45,585 bases of DNA, from positions 1-45,585 of the forward strand of contig JAYPQH010000025.1 of the NCBI GenBank assembly GCA_038131935.1, in the 5' to 3' direction. Source of the stretch: Alphaproteobacteria bacterium. GTDB lineage: Bacteria; Pseudomonadota; Alphaproteobacteria; UBA8317. Shown piece after piece: positions 1 through 8,993 of the stretch. The position numbers and the translations under genes are program-made. A model generated the notes under the pieces. That model was not told the DNA's origin, did no database searches, and saw only the letters and a program-made list of their open reading frames with translations. Every line of letters starts with the position of its first letter. Positions within the stretch are counted from its first letter, which is position 1.

Positions 1-602
1 ATGCCTTTGTATATGATCGAACGGCAAGACAAAGAGCACACATAAAGGTCGGTAAGCATGGCTTCGGCGGCTCGTTTTTCTACACGGCGACGAATAATAT
101 AAAGATCCCGTTCAATCTTCTCATCTTCATGATCATCTGGGTTGGCAATCATGATCTGCTCAATTTCAGGTCTTGTCGCCAAAGCTTTTTCACCCAAAAT
201 GGAGACATCGACAGGAACTTGACGCCAGCCATAGATGGTATAGCCCAAGCGCAGCACTTCATTTTCCACCAAAGTCCTCGCAGCCTCTTGGGCACCGAAA
301 TCTGCCCGCGGTAGAAAAATCATACCTACAGAAATTTTTCCTACAGGCTCATGTCCCGTGCGGCGTACATGCTCATGAAAAAATTCTTGTGCGAGCTGCA
401 AATGAATGCCTGCACCATCACCGGTTTTTCCATCAGCATCAACGGCACCTCGGTGCCAAACAGCTTTCAACGCTTCAATGCCCATATCTACGACACGACG
501 GTTGGGTTGGCCATCTACAGAGGCAACAAAGCCAACCCCGCAGGCATCATGTTCATCACTGGGATCATAAAGACCTATGGCGTTTGGAATAATACTATTC
601 AT
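1..602 (-). CDS. gltB: Glutamate synthase large subunit, 5' part (runs off the window edge)
   Basis: Not in the ORF track. Hand translation of the minus strand from ATG at 602 gives MNSIIPNAIGLYDPSDEHDACGVGFVASVDG...AVWHRGAVDADGKTGDGAGI, the N-terminal Ntn amidotransferase signature of GltB. A GAGAAGGG RBS lies upstream, and the gene sits directly downstream of gltD. Confidence 0.97.
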   Translation of the reverse strand, partial: MNSIIPNAIGLYDPSDEHDACGVGFVASVDGQPNRRVVDMGIEALKAVWHRGAVDADGKTGDGAGIHLQLAQEFFHEHVRRTGHEPVGKISVGMIFLPRADFGAQEAARTLVENEVLRLGYTIYGWRQVPVDVSILGEKALATRPEIEQIMIANPDDHEDEKIERDLYIIRRRVEKRAAEAMLTDLYVCSLSCRSIIYKG

Positions 603-631
603 AATTCTTACCCTTCTCAGCTTAGGTATCT

Positions 632-2071
632 TTAGGATGCATGCGCCAAATTGTTAGACTTGGCTTCAATGTACGCAGCAATGGAAGCCGCAGCGTCACG
701 TCCATCGCGAACAGCCCATACAACCAAGGATGCACCCCTTACGATGTCACCCGCAGCAAAGACGCCATCCATAGCTGTCATACCTGTTTCATAATCTACA
801 CGGAGCGTGCCCCACCTGCTTACAGGAAGCGATGGCTCTTGAAATAAAGTCGGTAAATCTTCTGGTTCAAACCCTAAAGCTTTAATAACAAGGTCGGCTT
901 CCACAGAGAAATCAGCACCCTCAATGATTTCAGGTCGGCGACGACCTGTGGCATCTGCTTGGCCTAATTTCATACGATGAACCAACACACTGGACACCGC
1001 ATCTCCATTTGTTCCAAACGCCCTTGGGTTGGCCAACCACTCAAACCGTACACCCTCATCTTCTGCATTGGCGACCTCACGCTGTGAGCCCGGCATATTC
1101 TGTCGATCGCGGCGATACAAACACGTAACTTCAGCAGCCTCTTGGCGAATGGCTGTGCGCACACAGTCCATCGCGGTATCGCCACCGCCAATAACCACAA
1201 CCTTCTTACCTTTTGCGTTCAACAAACCCTCGTCGAACGCAGGTACCTTATCGCCCAAACCAATCTTGTTGGAGGCAGTCAGAAAATCCATAGCGGGAAT
1301 AATGCCCTGGGCATGACTTCCTGGAAGCACCAACTCACGGGCTTTATAAACCCCTGTTGCAACCAGCACCGCATCATGGCGTGCACGCAATTCTTGGAAC
1401 GAAATATCGGTACCTACATTGGTATTCAGCTGAATTTTTACGCCAGAATCCTCAAGCCATTTGGTTCTCTTTTCGACAACATCTTTCTCAAGCTTAAAAC
1501 CTGGAATCCCATACATCAAAAGCCCGCCGGCCCGATCATAGCGGTCATAAATCACCACTTGAAATCCTTGACGACGGAGCATCTCTGCCGCCCCATATGC
1601 TGCTGGTCCAGCGCCGATAATACCCACAGACTCAGTGCGCTCTGCCGTTGGTTTGATGGGCTCTACCCAGCCCTCTGCGAAGGCGGTATCGGTGATATGC
1701 TTTTCTACTGCACCAATAGTCACGGATCCATGACCTGATTGCTCAATGACACAATTGCCTTCACAGAGTCTGTCCTGCGGACAAATACGGCCACAAATTT
1801 CTGGCATGGTGTTGGTGGCTGACGAGAGTTCATAAGCCTCCCGCAAACGCCCCTCAGCTGTTAACTTCAGCCAATCTGGAATGTTGTTATGTAAGGGGCA
1901 GTGAACCTGACAAAACGGAACACCACATTGCGAACAACGGCTGGACTGCTCTTGCGCTTTATCATCAACGAAACGCTCATAAATCTCATCAAAATCTGTA
2001 CGACGAACATCACTGGACCGCTTGGTTGGTGTTTGCTGCTCTATTTTTGTAAATGACAACATATTGGCCAT
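632..2071 (-). CDS. gltD: Glutamate synthase small subunit (NADPH)
   Basis: Fe-S motifs RCSQCGVPFCQVHCP and GRICPQDRLCEGNC, Rossmann motifs GAGPA and GGGDTAMD, and C-terminal RGASLVVWA. Start placed at MANMLSF (2071), after an AAGGGAG RBS. Confidence 0.97.
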   Translation of the reverse strand: MANMLSFTKIEQQTPTKRSSDVRRTDFDEIYERFVDDKAQEQSSRCSQCGVPFCQVHCPLHNNIPDWLKLTAEGRLREAYELSSATNTMPEICGRICPQDRLCEGNCVIEQSGHGSVTIGAVEKHITDTAFAEGWVEPIKPTAERTESVGIIGAGPAAYGAAEMLRRQGFQVVIYDRYDRAGGLLMYGIPGFKLEKDVVEKRTKWLEDSGVKIQLNTNVGTDISFQELRARHDAVLVATGVYKARELVLPGSHAQGIIPAMDFLTASNKIGLGDKVPAFDEGLLNAKGKKVVVIGGGDTAMDCVRTAIRQEAAEVTCLYRRDRQNMPGSQREVANAEDEGVRFEWLANPRAFGTNGDAVSSVLVHRMKLGQADATGRRRPEIIEGADFSVEADLVIKALGFEPEDLPTLFQEPSLPVSRWGTLRVDYETGMTAMDGVFAAGDIVRGASLVVWAVRDGRDAAASIAAYIEAKSNNLAHAS

Positions 2072-2152
2072 CAGACTTTCTCCCTTACGTGAAGACATAT
2101 CAACTGTCCCTCTATCGCAACCTTGCTACCTTGTCCAGCATTGGCTAACCAA

Positions 2153-2175
2153 TTAAGTCAATAATACTGACATAA
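2153..2175. promoter_or_regulatory. Palindromic operator-like site TTAAGTCA-N7-TGACATAA in the gltD/uppP divergent region
   Basis: Near-perfect dyad (7 of 8 bp per arm) read directly from the sequence. The binding factor is unknown. Confidence 0.4.
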
Positions 2176-2318
2176 AAACGCAAAGGGCACCAATGCCTTG
2201 GTCTAAGTATCTAAGGGATTAATGGTATTTGCAGAACATTTCGTAAACATAATTTTACTTTTTAACATAGGCAACATCATGCTAACCGTTCACAATTGGT
2301 TGTAACAGGATAAGCCCC

Positions 2319-3115
2319 ATGGACTTTTTTCATATTTTGGCACTCGCATGCATCCAAGGAATTACCGAGTTTTTGCCCATTAGCTCTTCAGCACATCTCA
2401 TTTTATCACCCATTATCTTTGGCTGGAATGATCAAGGACTCTTGATGGATATTGTTCTGCATAGCGGAACGCTTTTGGCGGTGATGATCTATTTTACTCG
2501 AGAAAGCTTATCTCTGATATCAGGATTCTTTGCTGTCGCGACACAACAAAAAAGCCAAGACACGAAACTTTTACAGCTTGTAGTTATCGCAACAATACCT
2601 GTCATTATAGCAGGTGCTACCTTAAAAATGTTTGGGCTTACTGCATACCTCCGCGACCCCCTGGTTATCGCGTTAGCCAATTTGATATTTGCAATTCCAC
2701 TATGGGCTTGCGATCGTTATTGCAAACAAAGCCGCCGCCAAAATGATCTTAAATCAATGGATGCCTTAATCTTAGGCATAGCTCAGTGCCTCGCGCTCAT
2801 ACCAGGCACAAGTCGTTCAGGCGTGACCATGACAGCGGGGCGCCTACTTGGACTAGAGCGAGAGAGTGCCGCAAAGTTTGCGATGCTCATGGCCATACCA
2901 ACAATAATGGCAGCCCTTATTCTTGCTCTTTTAGATATCGCAGAAACGCCATCCAACATGTCAACCATGAGCTTGGCTCTAGGTTTTGGACTCTCTTTGG
3001 TTTCGCTTACTTGGCCATTTCTGTTTTGATGCGTGTCGTGAGCAAAATTGGCTTTTTGCCATTCACCATCTACAGAATATTTCTCGGCACACTTTTACTT
3101 ATCATTTTTTGGTAA
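2319..3115 (+). CDS. uppP: Undecaprenyl-diphosphate phosphatase (one frameshift near 2997, probably a sequencing error)
   Basis: Motifs QGITEFLPISSSAHL and ALIPGTSRSGVT. The C-terminal helices (FAYLAISVLMR...FTIYRIFLG) continue in another frame after a short T run. Confidence 0.93.
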
Positions 3116-4066
3116 TTATTGACCCTCACGCAAATCTGTATATTGGCCAGCTCTGCGGAATCGATAAAGATATCCGTCAATAATGCCTTCTATGGCTTCA
3201 GGCTTAATACCAAGGTCGTCAAAACCTTGCGCTTGCGGTGAAACAATATTGTCACGCTGCAATAAGGTAATTTGATCTCGTGTCAGTGGAGCTTGAGGCA
3301 ACCAGTCAGTCAAACTTGCCATCAAGGTTGCTAGTCCCCGCGGGATCTCAGCAATCAATGCTCGTCGGCCTGTAACATGCAGCATCAATTGTATGAGCTC
3401 ACGAAAACTGTAAATTTGCGGCCCACCAAGTTCAAAAATTCCCTCACAAGCTGATTGCTGCATCGCAACCGTGATGGCCTTCACGACATCACCAACAAAC
3501 ACAGGTTGAAATCTTGTGTCAGCTCCGACCAAGGGCAAAACGGGGCTTAAGCGAGCCATAGCTGCAAATCTATTAAAAAATTGGTCTTCTGGACCAACGA
3601 CTATTGAAGGTCGCACTATGACCGCGTCAGGGTAGATATCCTGAACAATGGCCTCGCCAAGCGCTTTAGACTGCGCATATTGTGAGGAAGAGGAGCTGTC
3701 TGCACCAATGGCGGAAAGCTGTATAAAAGAAGCAACATTTTGCGCCTTAGACATCTTGGCCAGGTTCTCAACACCAGTAGCTTGCACGGCATGAAACTTT
3801 TGTGCGCCTTGTTCTTGCAGAATACCTACCAAATTGATGACAACATCAACACCTGTAACCACGGGAGCCAACGAGTCTGGATATCGAATATTAACTTGCA
3901 TGGGAACAACTTGCCCAGGCACACCCATTGGCTTCAGAAAACCAGCCTTATCGACCCTCCTAACACCAACCCTAACCCTGTGACCTTGACGTGCCAGTTC
4001 TTGGACAAGATGTCGACCGATAAAACCAGAACCACCAATTACGGCAACATTTTTTGGCATATGCAT
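3116..4066 (-). CDS. Complex I NDUFA9-family NAD-dependent epimerase/dehydratase
   Basis: GGSGFIGRHLV, INLVGIL, YAQSKALGE, RPSIVVGPEDQFFNRFA and FQPVFVGDV. This position beside uppP and tRNA-Leu is common in Alphaproteobacteria. Confidence 0.9.
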   Translation of the reverse strand: MHMPKNVAVIGGSGFIGRHLVQELARQGHRVRVGVRRVDKAGFLKPMGVPGQVVPMQVNIRYPDSLAPVVTGVDVVINLVGILQEQGAQKFHAVQATGVENLAKMSKAQNVASFIQLSAIGADSSSSSQYAQSKALGEAIVQDIYPDAVIVRPSIVVGPEDQFFNRFAAMARLSPVLPLVGADTRFQPVFVGDVVKAITVAMQQSACEGIFELGGPQIYSFRELIQLMLHVTGRRALIAEIPRGLATLMASLTDWLPQAPLTRDQITLLQRDNIVSPQAQGFDDLGIKPEAIEGIIDGYLYRFRRAGQYTDLREGQ

Positions 4067-4125
4067 CTAAACCTCTAAAGATCCAATAGGATAAAGTGAT
4101 TTCTTGTTGGCACGGGTGACAAGAA

Positions 4126-4154
4126 TTGACAAGGTATTTGGTGCATTATAACGC
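4126..4154 (+). promoter_or_regulatory. Probable sigma70 promoter of tRNA-Leu
   Basis: Perfect TTGACA at 4126-4131, with TATAAC/TAACGC 15-17 nt downstream and about 20 nt before the tRNA. Confidence 0.5.
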
Positions 4155-4175
4155 TTACGAACCGTGTGACAAAGG

Positions 4176-4262
4176 GCCCAGATGGCGGAATTGGTAGACG
4201 CGCCAGCTTCAGGTGCTGGTTCTCTGATGAGAGTGGAAGTTCGAGTCTTCTTCTGGGCACCA
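4176..4262 (+). tRNA. tRNA-Leu (anticodon CAG)
   Basis: Acceptor stem GCCCAGA/TCTGGGC followed by ACCA, D-loop GGAATTGGTAGAC, anticodon arm CCAGC-TTCAGGT-GCTGG, long variable arm and GTTCGAG T-loop. Length 87 nt. Confidence 0.98.
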
Positions 4263-4263
4263 T
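4247..4263 (+). repeat. att direct repeat copy 1 (tRNA-Leu 3' end), CTTCTTCTGGGCACCAT
   Basis: An identical 17-mer occurs at 6847-6863. Confidence 0.9.
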
Positions 4264-4310
4264 TTAAAATTATTTTCCATAGCATAACCAACTGATTTGT
4301 GAGCAATTAC

Positions 4311-4457
4311 GATGCTCTCACTACCGCTGATTCACTGTCAGCAGGTCTCAATGGAGCAGACCTTACTCTAGCAAACTTGGCTAAGGCTAAATGAGAAAAC
4401 GCTATTTTTTTCAACACACAGCTGGCATGGGGTGAGAAAAATTCTGGATGTAAATGA
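4311..4457 (+). pseudogene. Pentapeptide-repeat protein remnant (3' fragment with internal stop)
   Basis: Hand translation gives DALTT ADSLS AGLNG ADLTL ANLAK AK*EN AIFFN TQLAWGEKNSGCK*, which has A(D/N)Lxx periodicity. TGA at 4392 falls where Leu is expected, and there is no start codon. Confidence 0.7.
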
Positions 4458-4562
4458 AACAAAACATCAAAGCACTTCATCCACGGACCACGCCAATGTA
4501 ACATATACTGATCGGCGGGCCTCTGCGCGCCGCGCTCACCAGCCTGTTTAAGGAGGACTGAC

Positions 4563-6584
4563 ATGCCCCGCACGATTTCCACCATGTGCCCAATGAACTG
4601 TCACCCGACGCTCTGCGGTATGAAGGTGACCGTGGATGGCAATGCCCTGACCATCGCAGGCGACCCGACCAACCCGGACAGCGAAGGTTTCCTATGTATG
4701 CGCGGAAACACAGCGCATGAGATCGTGGGCAACCCGAAGCGTCTGCTGACCCCACGGTGGCGGGAGGCCCCGGGTGCCTCTTGGCAGGATACCACGTGGG
4801 ATGCCGCCTTCGACCGGATCGTGGCCGCAATGGAGCGTGTGGGGCCAGCGGCCGTCGGCTTTTGGCAAGGGCACGGGAACGCGGCCAACGATTATGGCTT
4901 TGGCCTGAAACGCGGGCAGATGGAGCGATTTGCCAATCTCTACGGCGCCCAGCACTGGAACCCTGCGATGATCTGCTGGGGGCTGGGGGGCCTTGGGCTG
5001 GGGCTGACCGGCGCGCTGGAGACCTCCACGAAGGAGGACATGGGCGACAATTCCGACCTGATCCTGCTGTGGGGCGCCAATACCGTCAGCCAAGCCAACA
5101 CAATCCGCCATGTGGAGCGGGCCCGCGCCCGCGGCGCCCATTTGGTGACAATCGACGTGCGCCAGACGGAGGCGAGCGCGCTGGCCCATGACAAGCTGAT
5201 CCTGCGCCCTGGGACGGATACGGCACTGGCGCTGGCGCTGGCCCATGTGATCGTGACGGAGGGGTTGGAGAACAAAGAGTTCGTTGCCGCTCATACCGAG
5301 GGCTTCAATGCCTTCCGCGACCACCTAGCCGACAAGACGCCCGCCTGGGCTGAAGCGTTGACTGGCATCCCGGTAGAGCAGATTGAAACGCTCGCCCACC
5401 GTTTCGCTGCCACGCAAAAAGCCATGATCGTGCTCGGCGGCTCCTCCGTCCACAAGGGCGACAACCAGTGGCATGCGGCGCGCGCTGTCTCCTGCCTGCC
5501 CGCACTCACCGGCGCCTATGGTGTGCCAGGCGGTGGGATGGGCCCACGGCACGGGGCACGCAGCCATGGGGCGGGGTTTGCGGATCTGACCGCCAGCGAT
5601 CGCCGTCGCACACAAGGCATCATTCCCAATGATCTGGAGGCGATTGTTCGCGCAATGGAAACAGGCGTGGTGAAGGTGCTTTTCTCACTGGGCAGCAACT
5701 TCCTGTCCTCTTTTCCAGACACTGAGCGGGTGAAGGCGGCACTCGCCAAACTGGACCTGCTGATTGCCTATGACCTGTTCGAAAACCAGACGATCCGCGA
5801 TGCCACCCATATCGCCCTGCCAGGAACGATATGGCTGGAGGAGATCGGGGCGAAGGCGACGAACACCCACATCCACCTGTCGGATCAGGCGCTGGAGCCT
5901 GCGGGACAAGCCCGCCCACTCTACACCATCTATCAGGAACTGGCGGCGCGGCTGGGGGTGAAGGATGTGTATCCTTGGGCGAACCAGGAGGAGGCGATGA
6001 ATGCGGCTCTGTATCACCCCGCAACCGGGTATGCGACCGTAGCCGCGATTCGCGCGAACGGTGGGCGGACGGCGTTGAAGATCAGCCCAGTAGCCTACCC
6101 GACGCGCCGTTTTGATACACCCTCGGGCAAGCTTGCCTTCGTCTCCCAAAAGGCCGCAGCGATGGGCCTGCCCGCTCTTCCGGAACTGCCGCCCGAGACC
6201 ACTGGCGCAAAGGACACGCTCACCCTAGCCCATGGCCGTAGCTTCGCCCATTTCCACAGCTTCTACGACCATGCCCGCGCCCTGCCGACACTCGCCGCGC
6301 GGGAGGACGCGCCGGAACTGTGGCTAGCGCCAGCAGATGCCCAAGCACGTGGGATCACGGATGGGGTGGAGATCGAGATCGCAAACGCGCGCGGCAAATT
6401 TCAGGCGCGGGCAAAGGTGACCCCTCGGATGCCTAGAGGTGCGGTCTGGATGCGCGACGGTTGGCCCGGGTTTAATGCGCTGACGGATGGGAGCTCAGTA
6501 CTGCCGGAGACAGCGCTCGCGGGTTTCCCATTCTCCGTAGGACAGTCCCATTATGGGGCGCGGGTGACCGTCACGCCGGTCTAA
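4563..6584 (+). CDS. Molybdopterin (Mo/W-bisPGD) oxidoreductase, DMSO-reductase superfamily, substrate unknown
   Basis: N-terminal 4Fe-4S motif CPMNCHPTLC...FLCMRG, LILLWGANT, LRPGTDTALALA, IALPGTIWLEE, and a C-terminal dinucleotide-binding domain (PADAQARGITDG...NARG). AAGGAGG RBS. No Tat signal. Confidence 0.92.
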   Translation: MPRTISTMCPMNCHPTLCGMKVTVDGNALTIAGDPTNPDSEGFLCMRGNTAHEIVGNPKRLLTPRWREAPGASWQDTTWDAAFDRIVAAMERVGPAAVGFWQGHGNAANDYGFGLKRGQMERFANLYGAQHWNPAMICWGLGGLGLGLTGALETSTKEDMGDNSDLILLWGANTVSQANTIRHVERARARGAHLVTIDVRQTEASALAHDKLILRPGTDTALALALAHVIVTEGLENKEFVAAHTEGFNAFRDHLADKTPAWAEALTGIPVEQIETLAHRFAATQKAMIVLGGSSVHKGDNQWHAARAVSCLPALTGAYGVPGGGMGPRHGARSHGAGFADLTASDRRRTQGIIPNDLEAIVRAMETGVVKVLFSLGSNFLSSFPDTERVKAALAKLDLLIAYDLFENQTIRDATHIALPGTIWLEEIGAKATNTHIHLSDQALEPAGQARPLYTIYQELAARLGVKDVYPWANQEEAMNAALYHPATGYATVAAIRANGGRTALKISPVAYPTRRFDTPSGKLAFVSQKAAAMGLPALPELPPETTGAKDTLTLAHGRSFAHFHSFYDHARALPTLAAREDAPELWLAPADAQARGITDGVEIEIANARGKFQARAKVTPRMPRGAVWMRDGWPGFNALTDGSSVLPETALAGFPFSVGQSHYGARVTVTPV

Positions 6585-6846
6585 AGGAAACGGCTGAGTA
6601 AGCCACGGGTGCGCTCTTCCTAAGGGTTGTCGAAGATCTGCTCTGGTGGGCCAGCCTCCAGAGTGCGGCCCTGGTCAAGAAAGCCAACAAGTACCACGAC
6701 CAGACCGGAACTATGGCACGCTGCTGAGGCGACGAGGCTGTATTTTGAATTAATGGTACAGGTAGAGGCCTCTACCTCACTCGAGGTTGAAGATGATGAT
6801 TTCGATCCGTCTATCTTCGTTATGGTGCCTTGTGTAGGAAATCATA

Positions 6847-6863
6847 CTTCTTCTGGGCACCAT
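6847..6863 (+). repeat. att direct repeat copy 2, CTTCTTCTGGGCACCAT
   Basis: Exact match to 4247-4263, 2600 bp downstream. Confidence 0.9.
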
Positions 6864-6901
6864 CTTTTGCATTGCACAGAGTGATGGGGCATATTTTCCA
6901 C

Positions 6902-8098
6902 CTACGAAGAGCCTACCTTCTCATTTATTAATGCAAAGCCCGCTTGAAAGAGTTGAGGTTCGCTTCCCGGTTTTCCCATAATAGAAATCCCAAAAGGCGC
7001 CCCCTGTACAGATGTCAAAGGAAGAGTAAGCTGAGGAAGCTTCGCCAATCCAGCTGGACATAACATCCTCAAGGCACGATTACGAAACGCATCTAGCTTG
7101 GCCTCACTACATTGCTTCAAGGGCGCAGGGCCTGGTGCTGTAGGGATACAAATCAACATATTGTCTGGCCAGCGATCGAGCAAATCGTCGGTCCAATCTT
7201 GCCTTATGCTGCAAGCTTGAGCAAAGGCATGCTCTTGCACCTGTGCTGCCATTTGAAAACGCTCATGAATACCAGGGCCAAAATTCGGTCGATGTTCCTG
7301 TATCCACGGGCCTAACGCTTGCCAGGCTTCAAAAGCTTGAATGGTGCGGAATGTGTCAAATAATTGATCAAAATCAACGCCATCAAAAAGTGTCGTGCTG
7401 TTCCCATATGATGCCATAGAGCGACGGACCACGACCAAATCTTCAAAAACATCTGGTAAGACTAAGTTCCAAAAAGGATCAGGAAAACTTAAGTGAGGGG
7501 TAGCTTTTTCTTCGCCATTAAGAAGGCCGACAACCTCTGCAACCTTTTGCATAAGCGATAAGTCTGCTGCAAAAAAACCAACCGTATCAAAACTTGGTGC
7601 AAGAGGAACCAAACCTTGATTTGAGAGCAAGCCATGCGTTGGACGCAATCCAAAAAGCCCGCAAAAAGAGGCTGGGATACGAACCGAACCACCTGTATCA
7701 CTCCCAATTCCTATCATGCATAAATTTTGTGCTGTGGCCGATGCCGAACCAGAAGATGAACCACCAGGTACACGCGTTGGGGCTTGTGGGTTCAACGGGG
7801 TTCCATAATGTGCATTGGCCCCCATCAATGAATAAGCAAGTTCATCCAAATGAGTTTTACCTGTCAGAATAGAACCCGTGTCCAGCAAGTCTTGAATAAT
7901 AGGAGCATGAGACTCAGCAGGCCCATGGCGACTTCTCCATGTAGGTGAACCTGCCCCGGTAATGTAACCGGCCACGTCAATATTATCCTTTACTGCGATG
8001 GTTATTCCACTAAGACTGGAACCAGAGGGATTGTCCAAGTGCAATGGGGTATCAAACAACTCAACAAAACAATCATCAGACATAGCAGTTTTTTTCAT
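6902..8098 (-). CDS. Amidase-signature family amidase
   Basis: AVKDNIDV, PGGSSSGSA and GSDTGGSVRIPASFCG (Lys-cisSer-Ser triad). Confidence 0.92.
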   Translation of the reverse strand: MKKTAMSDDCFVELFDTPLHLDNPSGSSLSGITIAVKDNIDVAGYITGAGSPTWRSRHGPAESHAPIIQDLLDTGSILTGKTHLDELAYSLMGANAHYGTPLNPQAPTRVPGGSSSGSASATAQNLCMIGIGSDTGGSVRIPASFCGLFGLRPTHGLLSNQGLVPLAPSFDTVGFFAADLSLMQKVAEVVGLLNGEEKATPHLSFPDPFWNLVLPDVFEDLVVVRRSMASYGNSTTLFDGVDFDQLFDTFRTIQAFEAWQALGPWIQEHRPNFGPGIHERFQMAAQVQEHAFAQACSIRQDWTDDLLDRWPDNMLICIPTAPGPAPLKQCSEAKLDAFRNRALRMLCPAGLAKLPQLTLPLTSVQGAPFGISIMGKPGSEPQLFQAGFALINEKVGSS

Positions 8099-8165
8099 TG
8101 GTTCATGACTTCTTGATGACCACGTTACGCATTGTCATGGTAATGGCTTCCCAAAACAAGCGCAC

Positions 8166-8900
8166 CTAGAGTTTAAAAAAACCTTTTTGATTTAAAGATT
8201 CTTTCATATGCACGCGCTTTTTGGTTTGTAGGGCTTGGCTCACCTTCATGTTCCAATTTTGGTCGTCTTGCGTGTCACGTGCCTTGTAATGCTCATCCAT
8301 CATAACGTTAAACTTAACGATATTCTCATCACGCTTAGCTGTCTGATAGGACTCCTCATAAAATATCTCAGATAGTGGCAAACGTGGTTTCGTGTCATTT
8401 ACGTTTTTTGGCCATCCCAAACACATTCCAAAAACAGGGTATACCAATTCTGGCAAAGCTAAAGCCTTAATGACGGCATCGGGATTGTTGCGTATCCCAC
8501 CAATAAAAACTCCACCTAACCCGAGAGATTCCGCAGCCAACAATACAGATTGTGCATAAAGAGCTACGTCTACAACAGCTGCTAAAGAATGCTCATGCAA
8601 CCCATCTAATGTACCCAATCCCTCTGCGTCAGAAAGCTTACTTAAACGATTTAAATCCGCACAGAATATGAAGAATTCTGGTGCAGCAGATATCCAAGGC
8701 TGACCACCCGCGGCCTCCTTGATAATTTCTCTATTGGCTTTGTCTTGAACACGTATCACGGTGTAAGCTTGGATATGACTTGAAGTTGAGCTATGTTGCG
8801 CGGCCTCGAATATTGTTTCACGCAAAGCACTATCAATAGGCTCATCTTTAAATGAACGCACTGATGTGTGCGCGCGCATTGTTTCCAATAACATGTTCAT
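8166..8900 (-). CDS. nfsA: Oxygen-insensitive NADPH nitroreductase / flavin reductase (NfsA/Frp family)
   Basis: HTSVRSF, SSTSSHIQAYTVI, AESLGLGGVFIGGIRN and KPRLP. Start placed at MNMLLET. Confidence 0.88.
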   Translation of the reverse strand: MNMLLETMRAHTSVRSFKDEPIDSALRETIFEAAQHSSTSSHIQAYTVIRVQDKANREIIKEAAGGQPWISAAPEFFIFCADLNRLSKLSDAEGLGTLDGLHEHSLAAVVDVALYAQSVLLAAESLGLGGVFIGGIRNNPDAVIKALALPELVYPVFGMCLGWPKNVNDTKPRLPLSEIFYEESYQTAKRDENIVKFNVMMDEHYKARDTQDDQNWNMKVSQALQTKKRVHMKESLNQKGFFKL

Positions 8901-8993
8901 GGGATCACTCTCCACAGTGTTGGCATGGTTAAGGCGGTAATGTTATCTCATTCATATCAAAAGGGTCAAACAAGATACATCATAAAGTCGTCA

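Larger units (their letters stand above)
4264..6863. mobile_element. 2.6 kb tRNA-Leu-integrated mini genomic island, no integrase
   Basis: Bounded by an exact 17-bp duplication of the tRNA 3' end. The interior (about 4500-6740) is visibly much more GC-rich than the flanks: sampled lines 53-73% versus about 42%. Confidence 0.85.

Noticed and set aside
4600-6150. Many overlapping alternative-frame ORFs within the GC-rich gene
   Set aside because: These are expected shadow ORFs of stop-poor, high-GC coding DNA and carry no motifs.
6627-6884. 85-aa ORF, and a coding-like fragment (ALVKKANKYHDQT) faintly recalling IS3 transposases
   Set aside because: The ORF crosses the composition boundary and the att site, and the fragment is too short to assign. 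I could not identify an integrase or transposase motif.
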